DNA of 64,000 nucleotides from Giardia intestinalis (Eukaryota): NCBI GenBank assembly GCA_000002435.2, contig CM018792.1; one strand, 5' to 3'. Shown piece by piece: positions 22,159 to 31,911 of this stretch (position 1 is its first letter; each line of letters starts with the position of its first letter). The notes under the pieces were generated by a model. It saw only the letters and a program-made list of their open reading frames with translations, ran no database searches and was not told where the DNA came from. The position numbers and the translations under genes were made by a program.

Positions 22159-24237
22159 CTAGAACTCGTCCACCGTCCCCATGAGCTCCACGTTCTCGGC
22201 CGCTGCCCTCTTCTTCGAGATCGGCTTCGATCCCCGCCGCCTCCGCAGGACGAGCCAGCATGTGAGGGCGACGGCCGCTATAATGAGAAGGGAGACAACG
22301 ACTGCCACGGTGACCGTCGTGGAGCCGGAGCTGGCCTTCCTGGTCTGAGAGACGCATGTGTCACCCCTGAGGGTGTACCCCTCCATGCATATGCAGAGAG
22401 AGCCGACTGATTCTGATCCGCTTGGACAGCCTGAGGCGCAGGATCTCTTGCTCGGCTGGACGTTGTGATTGCTGTCCGCACATGAGAGGCACTCGCCACT
22501 TGCGCTGCAGCTCGAGCACCCTGTGGCGTCTGATGGACAGGTGTTCTTAGCTATGCATGCGCCATCACTACTGGGCTCGAAGCCCTCTGCACAGACGCAC
22601 TTTCCATCCTCCTCTCTCTGATTCAGCTCCGTGCATGTGAGTGGGCACGAGAAACCATCGACGGAGACAAGTCCGGGGGAGCACCGTGTGCACACGAGGT
22701 TGTTATCCTTAGGGGTGCATGCTTGACAGCTTTCAATTCCACATGTGGCACACTGGAGCTCTTCTGGATCCGCATAGTATCCATCGCCACATTCAGATGC
22801 GTCGACACATGTAACCGTTCCAGAGTCGTCCACCTTGGTGTACTTTCCCGAAGAACACTTTGTGCAGTGGTCAGGACCTGAACCGTCACACTCCAGACAT
22901 GCTGAGTCGCACTGGATACAGCTATTGCTATTGTTATCAAAATAGGTACCTACGTTACATTTGCATACACACGTACCAGTTTCACAGCTACCAGATTCTG
23001 ATGCAGAACAAGAAGTGACACAAGAAGTGCCACTTACAGAGACATACTTATCATTCTTGCAGCTAGTGCACACAAGCTTATTGGACCCATCAGACTTGAT
23101 ACTACAGCTAGCGCAATCTTCAATAGCACCAGCTGTAGTACTATCACACCAGCTGCACGTCGAGTCCTTCGCAAAGAATCCTTGTGCTTCATTGCAAGTG
23201 GTGCATGTTCCGCCAGAGGCCTCTGTGCAGATAGTTCTCCCGAGGAGGTCGTTCGTGGTATAGCATCCGCCCTCATAGAAAAAGACTCTACGATCGGGGG
23301 ACGATCTATTACATGCTGTACACTTCCCAGCAGTACTGTCCTTATTGCAGGCCCCAAACTCGCTTGACAGTCTGCAGTTGCCATTGTGGGGAACTTCGTT
23401 GGGATTGACACACTGTTTGCAAGCAGAGTAACCACTGATATCCATTAGGTTGTCTGACGCACATATAGATGCGCCACTTCCCTCTTTGCTATAGCACCCA
23501 CCCTTATAGCAAACGTGAGTGGATGCACAGTGAGTGCAGTATCCGTTCTGGCAAACATGGGAGGTGGTATCTGCGCATGCATCATCGATTGGTGCTTTGG
23601 TTGGATCCACACACGATGTACACCGGACAGCAGTCTGTTTAGTATTATCACTTGTGGTGGAAGGAGATTCTAGGGAAATGCAAGACGAACATCCTGCTAT
23701 GCCTACTTTATCATTGAAACCAGCAGTGTCCCCGCACAGAATACATTTCTCCTGAGAATTCCTGTCGTTTGCAAAAACAAAACCGTGCGCAACCGCACAA
23801 GTATTGCAAACACCATCTGAAACAGTCTCACAGATGTGCGTACCTGGCCACTCATTTTTATTGTAACAACCTCCGTAGAATAAGAAATAGGTCGAGCCTC
23901 CTGCTTCACTAGCTTTGGTGCCACCAGTACACGATGTGCACCGTTGTGACGCGTCACTACCTGTAATTGATTCCGTAACACAAACAGTTGGATCAATAGA
24001 GGGATCAGCAGGGGAATCGTCTTTTCCTACACATGCACCATTGATAGGCACTTTTCCAGATAAGCATTCGGTGCACAACGTTGTCCTTGGCCCGAACATG
24101 ACGCACTTGTCTTGCACGCAGTTAGGCTTATAGCCTGTACAGGCAACGTAGTAGTCATTCTTGTACGGAGTAGAGCCATCGCCCGGCTGGGCCGCTAAGC
24201 CGATAACCGCTAGACCGAAGAGAAACAATACCGACAT
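22159..24237 (-). CDS. High-cysteine membrane protein (HCMP; VSP-like cysteine-rich type-I membrane protein with long cytoplasmic tail)
   Basis: ~692 aa from the signal-peptide Met (MSVLFLFGLAVIGLAA). The upstream in-frame ATG at 24288 would add 17 aa. It has many CxxC and three GGCY motifs (FLFYGGCYNKNEW, CYKGGCYSKEG, FYEGGCYTTNDL). A single TM (VTVAVVVSLLIIAAVALTCWLVL) precedes a basic tail RRRRGSKPISKKRAAAENVELMGTVDEF with no CRGKA. An AAAATT initiator sits 8 nt upstream of the ATG at 24237. Confidence 0.8.
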   Translation of the reverse strand: MSVLFLFGLAVIGLAAQPGDGSTPYKNDYYVACTGYKPNCVQDKCVMFGPRTTLCTECLSGKVPINGACVGKDDSPADPSIDPTVCVTESITGSDASQRCTSCTGGTKASEAGGSTYFLFYGGCYNKNEWPGTHICETVSDGVCNTCAVAHGFVFANDRNSQEKCILCGDTAGFNDKVGIAGCSSCISLESPSTTSDNTKQTAVRCTSCVDPTKAPIDDACADTTSHVCQNGYCTHCASTHVCYKGGCYSKEGSGASICASDNLMDISGYSACKQCVNPNEVPHNGNCRLSSEFGACNKDSTAGKCTACNRSSPDRRVFFYEGGCYTTNDLLGRTICTEASGGTCTTCNEAQGFFAKDSTCSWCDSTTAGAIEDCASCSIKSDGSNKLVCTSCKNDKYVSVSGTSCVTSCSASESGSCETGTCVCKCNVGTYFDNNSNSCIQCDSACLECDGSGPDHCTKCSSGKYTKVDDSGTVTCVDASECGDGYYADPEELQCATCGIESCQACTPKDNNLVCTRCSPGLVSVDGFSCPLTCTELNQREEDGKCVCAEGFEPSSDGACIAKNTCPSDATGCSSCSASGECLSCADSNHNVQPSKRSCASGCPSGSESVGSLCICMEGYTLRGDTCVSQTRKASSGSTTVTVAVVVSLLIIAAVALTCWLVLRRRRGSKPISKKRAAAENVELMGTVDEF

Positions 24238-25380
24238 CACTGAATTTTCCGGCGCACCTTTGCAACAGAACGAAAAGGTTTCTTGCAACCGAGTACATTA
24301 ACTGCTAGCGAATCCGTGTGCGCATACTGAGATTCCCGTGTCTGAAGCACAACGTGAAGGGCAACTAGCGGTACGATGAGATGACTCGTTGAGCCGGAGT
24401 CGCACTGGGCTCAGCTTGTAAATGGAACCACTCCATGGGAGCCTCCTGCGTCACGGACCTGTGCTGATCAGCGCGCCCCTGCTCTCCAGCCTGGTGCTGG
24501 ACGGGTGATGTGCCACACAGGCAGACCTGGAGGCAGAAGAGGAAGGGAGGGGCGGGGCATTTTAATTCGCAAAATTATTTCCGAGGTTAGCTTGCCAGCT
24601 GCTATCTGAACAGATCTTCCGTACGAGCCGCTGCCGCTTTAGACAGGTGGACCTCCCGCTTGCTTCTGGCAAGACCCAGAATCTGAGATCCAAATCCAGA
24701 ATCTGGAATTCGGATATCCTCGGATCCTGGTGGGAGAAGAGGGCCTCATGCCTCACTTCCTTCGGACATCGATGTGGTTCTTCCCAGGGCCTTCTAGGAT
24801 TTCTCTCTTTTCTAGCCAGCTCTTGGAGGCCGGCTGCTGCCTGGCACCTAGTGGGCACTCACTATCTTAGGGCCTTGCGTCAATCGCGACGGCAATCTGG
24901 CCTCGGAAGCAATCAGCTCTGGTCACGTAAGTAGTATATTATTGTCGTGGTGCTCAGTTTCCATTTTTTGCAAAAAACGTAAATTGGCCTCCGTGCCCAT
25001 GCAAGGCGCTAATCTGCCATTTTTTGCGAAAAGTACGGAGCCGGAATCGTGGGGTCCTTTTCTATTTTTTGAATCGTCTCCCGTCAGGCGTTGGACGGTA
25101 GGGACACCCGGACAGCCAGGCAGGAAGGGAGGAAGGAATGTATGGTGGTGTAGGGATAGCGTGAGGAAGGGGTGTGGGTGGGCATTCTCACGGGAGTGAG
25201 GCACGCCGGGCGGTATCGCGAGGCCGTCGGACTTTCTTGTGGGCATGCAGGGCGTCATGTAGTACGTCTGAGCCTCGGGCTTTACATTGAGAGCATTACT
25301 TAATGGGTCGACCCCGCGAAAGGGTGCCCCTCAAGTGCGTGTTGCTGCGTCCTACAGACCGCCATTGATCAGCAACCTCA

Positions 25381-27492
25381 ATGTTCGGTAGACTTTTACT
25401 TGCTAGCGCTGTCTTGCAGCTAACATGGGCTGCATGTGAAGCAAATGGATTAGGTGGTGCTGGGAGCTGCAAGACGTGCGGAGCCACCATTGGTGGCAGT
25501 GAATATTGCAGTGAATGCAATGATGGGGCCAACTATGCTCCCGTAGATGGGATCTGTGCGAATGCTGGGCAAACGCCAGCTAGTACGCTTTGTCCGTAAC
25601 ATAGCGCCGGAAAATGCACACAATGTGGAAGCACCTCCTTTAAATACAAGGACGGCTGCTACCAACCCAACGACGGAAAGCCGGGGCAGAGCTTTTGCCT
25701 TGTGGCTAGTGGCTGAGTATGCACCGAGGCTGCTCCTGGATACTTTATCCCCACGGAAGTGGTAAATACTGAGCAATCCGTGGTTGCATGTAGTTATACG
25801 ACCGGAGTAGCAATAACAGCTGGCGGAAACACATACAAGGGCATTGCTGACTGCGCAGAGTGCGGCGCCCCTGACGCAACAGCCGGCGCTGAGGCCGGCA
25901 AGGTTGCAACGTGTACCAAGTGTGGAGTCAGTAAGTATCTCAAGGATAACGTGTGCGTAGATAAAGCCCAATGTAATTCTGGTAGCACTAATAAGTTCGT
26001 TGCAGTTGATGATTCTGAGAATGGCAACAAGTGTGCTTCTTGCAGTGATAGCCCTAATGGCGGCGTTGCTAATGTGACACCTGCACCTATCACTAGCAAT
26101 CTAAGAAGATCAAATGTATCAAGTGTACTGGTAACAACTATCTGAAAACCACAGGCGAAGACACATCATGTGTACAAAAAGACCAATGCAAAGACGGCTT
26201 CTTCCCCAAGGATGACAGCACCGACGGAATTGCCAATTGCGCCATGTGTGCCTTAGTTACTAGTCAATCAGGGGCTGCCCTCATTACATGCACCACTTAT
26301 GTAGTAGGATACAAACTTAGTGCTGATGAAACTAAGTGTGAAGCAGCAAGTAATTGCAAGACGCCTGGATGCAAGACATGCAATAACGAGGGCAAAGAGA
26401 ACGAGGTCTGCACAGAGTATGCTAGTGGAAACTATCTCACCCGGCGAGCCAGTGCATAGACAGCTGCAACAAGGTTGGGAATTACTACGGAGCAACGGAA
26501 GGAGCAAAGCAAACTTGCAAGAAGTGTGCTGTGTCCAACTGTAAGGCCTGTGATAATCAGGGGCAATGTCAAATATGCAAAGACGGATTTTACAAAAATG
26601 GTGATGCCTGCTCTCCGTGTCACGAAAGCTGCAAGACATGCAGTGCAGGTACTGCTAATGACTGCACTGAATGTCCCACTGGAAGAGCACTTAAGTACGA
26701 AAGTGATGGAGTCAAAGGCACCTGTGGAACTGGATGCACAACAGGCCAAAGTAGTGGTGCCCGTAAAACATGTGGGCTAACCATTGATGGAGCTAGCTAT
26801 TGTTCAGAGTGCGCCGCGGGGACAGAATATCCTCAGAATGGGGTCTGTACCTCAGCAACTGCTCGTGCCGCAGCCACTTGTAAGACCGGAAATGTTGTCA
26901 AGGGCGCATGCAGCTCATGCACCAATGGGTTTCTTCGTATAAACGGGGACTGTTATGAAACGACCAAGTTCCCTGGGAAGAGTGTCTGCACAACAGCACC
27001 AGGCGCTGATACTTGCACTTTGATGGCTTCAGGTTATTATATTGACGGTAGTATTAACCTTGTGGTTTGCTCTGATGGCTGTGCAAAGTGCACTACTTCA
27101 AGCACTTGCACGACATGCAAAGATGGGTATGCAAAAATCGGAAGCAGCCAAACATGTACAAAGTGTGATTCTAGCTGTGAAACATGCAACGGGCAGCTAC
27201 AACGTGTAAGGTATGTGCGACAGGATACTACAAGACTGTATTGGGAGAAGGCGCGTGCACATTCTGCGAAGGTAATAGCAATGGGGTCACTGGTATCAAT
27301 GGCTGCGTGAGCTGCGCTCCCCCGTCTGGCAACACTGGCCCTGTCCTCTGCTATCTCATGAAGGATAGCAGGAACACAAACAAGAGCGGCCTCTCCACGG
27401 GGGCTATCGCAGGCATCGTCGTTGCTGTTGTCATCGTCGAGGGGCTCGTCGGGTTCCTCTGCCGGTGGTTCCTCTGTCGAAGCAAGGCGTAG
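25381..27492 (+). pseudogene. VSP pseudogene (multiple in-frame stops/frameshifts, variant CRSKA tail)
   Basis: Starts with a VSP signal peptide (MFGRLLLASAVLQLTWAACEANG...). Reading frame is broken by a stop at 25597, a stop near 25700, and shifts near 26140, 26240, 26460 and 27190. VSP-like CxxC/GGCY-type blocks appear in three frames. It ends [34 protein letters not shown], with charged E/R in the TM and S for G in the tail. The poly(A)-like ACTTAAGTAGTAAAC has one mismatch. Confidence 0.7.
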
Positions 27493-27507
27493 ACTTAAGT
27501 AGTAAAC
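27493..27507 (+). terminator. VSP-type poly(A) signal variant (ACTTAAGTAGTAAAC)
   Basis: One mismatch to ACTYAGRTAGTRAAY, immediately after the pseudogene stop codon. Confidence 0.5.
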
Positions 27508-30500
27508 GCGTCCCAGTGCCATCCTGCGCTCTGCGTCTGCCAGGCACGGCACGGCAGGTCTCGGCCAGTGCACCAAGCGTGTTGATGCGTATTGGTCAGC
27601 GGACTCTGCTACTGGAGCCTCCGGTCTGGGCGAGCACCGGCTCTCATGGCTGCCGATACGCAGGTGGATGCCCGGTCCTCAGCAACGCACCCTGCGTGTC
27701 CGCGGCTCCGCGAGTGACCGACAGTGCTGTGCAGAGGCCAGAACTGCGGACCCCGTGTGCTAAACATCGCCCCTCTGCAGCTGTGGGATTGGCTGGTTCT
27801 GACAAGTTATAGACAAAACAGGGCCCTGTCCATTGCATAACCACTCGCAGCACCTCCAGGTATAGCGTTGGCGGTGGTTCTGTGCTACCTCGCCGAGTTT
27901 CGTGGGTCGGAGGTCTTCAAGGACGTCCAGGCCCTTGCCCAGATCAACGAGCCCCGGGACGAGACCCTCGGGCTTGTGGCACGGAGAGACATGCCGGCTT
28001 CCTCGAAGGATCGACAGCAAGGACTCGGGCTAGTAAAGATTATCCTTCCCGTCCCCGTCCGCGGTTCATCATGTACCTGTACGTTCAGCGGGCCTTCCGA
28101 CTCAGAAGTGAAGCCGGTGAACTCTGTGGCGAAGGGCCCAGTACCGGGAGTGGCTGGCACCATGAGCGGCTGGCTGGCATGCAACTTAACCACGGACGCG
28201 GTGGAGATGGGCCAGGCCATCTGTTAGGAACAAGCGCCACGGGCTTCTTCTTCAGCTCGTGCGTCTCACTGATCCTGTAGGTGTCCAGCACGTAGGTGGC
28301 GAGAGAGTCGAGCAGTGCTCCAGAGAAGCCTCGAAGGGGTCATCATGGCAGACAAAAAGCTGCAGAAAGGCCAAGTCTCTGCATGCAGACGTAGTCCGAT
28401 TCACGAAGGACCTCGATGCTCGGCGAGGCACGCCGTCTGCAAAGCGCCCTGCCGTGCTTGCCAAGGCCGAGGAAGCAGAGGCTCTCAGCAAAGAGCTTAC
28501 TGTGGCCGAAGCAGGATCAGGACGCTGATTCCAGAGGCACAGCAGCCACACAAGCCATCCGGCACCGGTAGAGGCAGCAAGAAGCGCATTGCTCACGTCC
28601 TGTGCTACAACCCTCCGCACGAGTGGACCTGCAGGCCAGCCACCGCATCTCAGCAAGAGATCGGCCAGTGCCGCGAGCTAGCCTCTCCACGGCTTCCAGG
28701 CTCTATAGAACGCGCTGTCAATAGCGAGCTACGAGACATAGACAGTATGATCAAGCAATATGAAAAGTATCCTACCTTAGAAGATACCGCCTCCAACCGT
28801 GTATATCACGAACCGGCAAGTGGTCTAATATCAGGTGAGTCCGATAGACGGCATCTCCTAGATGCTCCTAGTGATGAGGACATCTCTGCGATCCTAGCAA
28901 TGTGACTGGTGGCGCACAATCCGCGACTACTCATTGCGGCGTGGTAAGAGACTAGTGTCTGCCCCCAAACTAGGACTACCAGACTGAGAAGACGCTAATC
29001 TAGCCATGATCACTCTCACTCTGAAGTCCTTAAGCCAGTGCTTGCTGACGCGTCGAATCGTTGCATCTGCATCCTCCACCTACTCTGGGCAAATCAGCGG
29101 CCAAGCTTCAGGAGGGCGTGCCCGAAGCCTGGACACGGCATGACTCCAGAAGAGCACGACGAGAGACAGACCGGCCTGGTCGAGCCGGGACGCTTCATGG
29201 CTACCGCGAGGCCGCGATGTAGGCCTGCAGTTCGTTCCACAACGACCTGCAGAAGGCTCTACGTGCCTGGCGCCAGTATCCGCAAGGCTCTGGCCTGCGT
29301 TATCGCTGTAGGCGGATCTTAGCGCCCTCCGAGAGCCACGATCTAAGCGACAAGCCGGATCTGCTCTCGAGAAGCGGCGGCGAGAGGAAGGCAGAGTGTC
29401 GTAAGCGTGCAATACGCCCTAACGGCTGCCAATGCCCGCGGCAAGCGCAAGCGCTTACAGAGCTCTTCTTCGCCAGGTCTAGGGTGGATCCATCTCCAGG
29501 CCGGAGTTTGCAAGGCAGCCAGCGCGTAGTTGCCGAGTTGTTTGGAGCAGTGAGACCTTACCCCTTTATTGCTATGCTCATGCGCACGACGGGCTGATCG
29601 CTGGGTCCACCGAGCCCTTCACTACACTTTCCGGTTTGCTAACAGAGCGTCTTGGCACTTCCTTCTAGCGGCTGTTCTTCCAGTAGCACAGACGCCATCA
29701 CCAAACAAGCTCCTCCTCAAAGTCAGCCCTGCCCGCCTACGTGCCACGCAGCTAAATTAAGAGGTGGGGGAGGCGAGTCGCGAGATCCGTCTCACTGTGG
29801 TGATAGCGCACACGGCAGAACGCAGTAACATGCTCTTCCTCCACTGACTTAGTTTGCTGTGGGCGCTTTAGCAGCAATCCGGCGGCTTCAGAGGCCTCCG
29901 TGCTGACTGGAACTGGGCGATGATGCGCACGGGAAAGCACTGGTCGGGCGGGCAATGCCGGCGACGCCTTAGTGGACCCGCACTGATTGCTGTCCACTCA
30001 TAGAGTTTGTGGAAATGGACTCGGTACAGCAAGTGTTAGCTTTGTAGTGAAAAGCGGAGAATGTACCTGCACAGCAACATGGCTAACAGAGTCCCACGCA
30101 TGCTACAGAGAGCGCTAGCAACGGTCCCGGCAGGCCCCCGTAGTCATCGAGGGCCATCCAGGCCTTGCTGTGGAGGAGACGCTGATCAGGGCAGTGAGGA
30201 GAACTCATGGGGCTTGCGGACCACAAACTGAAAGCTATCGCGGGACTCTCCCACCCCGGCGTTACCGCACCACCAGCTGACCAGGAGCAAAAGCCGCATA
30301 CGCATCATCGTGGCCCGCTACCACGGGGGTCTCTAGAGACTTATCACAGCCTGCAGGGGCCTCAAGCCTACCGGTACCCAGGACCAGGGACGGCCAGCCC
30401 GTCGCTCTTGCAGACTGGGGACTCTGCGAGCTGCCCTGCACAATGGAGGCGCCCCTACAAGAACGCCAGCCTACATGGCCCCAAGACCAGCGCCGCCTCG

Positions 30501-31911
30501 ACGTCTGGCCCTCGGGCCGTCACGTATGCGCGTGCTACCATGGAATTGCCGAGTCTTCGCGCGATTGGAGGCCAGAGAGCACGAAGCATTCTTTGTCAGT
30601 GGGTGGATGTCCGACTTACGTGCCGTGCAGACGACATTCTACACTTCGTTTTCGAGAAGATGTTCGTCCTGGACCCGACAGAGCGATCCACAGCCGGAGG
30701 GCTCCCTGGGTTGTTCTGAATGCTTAGTGCCTCTACAGCGGCAGATTGCTCTTTTCATCAAGACCGGCTTGCCAGCTGCTGTCCGAGTAGGTCCCTGTCC
30801 GAGCCGCCACGCCGGGCCTCTGCTCACCCGCGCCTGGGGCCAGGGCCAGGGCTCGCAAGTAGGAGGCCTCCAGCTCTGCGGGAGAAGAGCCCTGTGCTTC
30901 CTCCGAGGCGACCACGGAGCAGCGCAGAGCCCGGGGCTGGCGACGCGGGTGCCCTGTGGACGCCTGGCTCGGGCAGAAGCGGACCGAGCTCCTGGCTCAC
31001 AAGGCAGCGGCGGTTGGGAGTCCACCACAAGCAGCTGCGCGGTGCCCGACGCCTCACCATGAGATGGGACACACGAGCAGGCTGCCGAGCGAAACGACCT
31101 CGTGGTGAACAACAACTCGTACATGGACCGTGCCCTGACCGCTCTGGTGCTTCAGATAACACCCCTCGGAGAGCTGCGGCCAGACCAGCCTCTTCAACTG
31201 AACGACTCATGACTCCATGTGCGCTCTGCGGCACGGATGAGTGCAGACCACACCAGCCCAGCACACTGCACAGTGATGCGCCTGAGATTGTATGACCACC
31301 TGGCGCCACAGGAGTGCACTGCGGTCTATGAGCAGAATGGTAGGCCGGGCAGGAGGCAGGCTAGGGTCGGGCATCTTCCTCTGCGCCAACCAGGGGTCGA
31401 CATGGGGGTCCACGGGCACATGCTGCGGTCCAGGAGGACGCATGGCGAGTGCATCCCGACAGCAGGATCGATGGTGCACTTCATGAGGAGGCACATGAGG
31501 ACTCCGAGTAGACATGCAGAGGCCATGGCGTATGTGGTCTTCGTCCTTGAGCACTGTTCCCAAGGCTAGGCCGCCGCAACTGACAGCTGGGCCCTGGAGG
31601 AGCGCTGCTTGCCAGGCGCCAGGCAGCTGGCCCCCACGGAGGTTAGCGAAAGAAGGGAGAAGCCCCTGGAAGATGCTGCGAGGAGCCTGCAGTGGCTCCC
31701 AAGCGAGATGAACATAAAGTCCTTCTTCCCTTCAGAACTAGATGGCGTCTAACCTCCGGGTTCTGGAGTCTGGATTTGGAGTGGTGAGCGAGCAAGAGAC
31801 CTCCTCACCAGGGCAGGAGGGCCTCATATGACGAGCGGTTTACTCGGCAGAAGACATGATCAGCGCTGGTGATATGTAGTATCGGCGCTTCGTCTACCGG
31901 CCTTAGAGCGT

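Larger units (their letters stand above)
20411..28195. repeat. Left arm of large inverted duplication (~7.8 kb)
   Basis: Every ORF in 20.4-28.2 kb has an identical-translation partner on the opposite strand in 35.7-43.5 kb (x+y = 63936 outer, 63928 inner). Spot checks of intergenic DNA are identical in reverse complement. The only difference found is an 8-bp GGGAGGAA unit (2 copies on the left at ~25150, 3 on the right at ~38800). The inner breakpoint is exactly ...aaccacgg|acgcgg at 28195. Confidence 0.9.

Noticed and set aside
21631-22410. 259-aa plus-strand ORF (and mirror 41526-42305) plus several overlapping 120-170-aa ORFs
   Set aside because: It lies in the GC-rich decayed LINE fragment and overlaps the HCMP 3' end on the opposite strand. 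It has no start context or domain features. I interpret it as a non-coding remnant.
28252-31563. Cluster of overlapping 100-200-aa ORFs on both strands in the spacer
   Set aside because: They are mutually overlapping in a GC-rich segment, with no motifs, initiator context or paralogs. They are not reported as genes.
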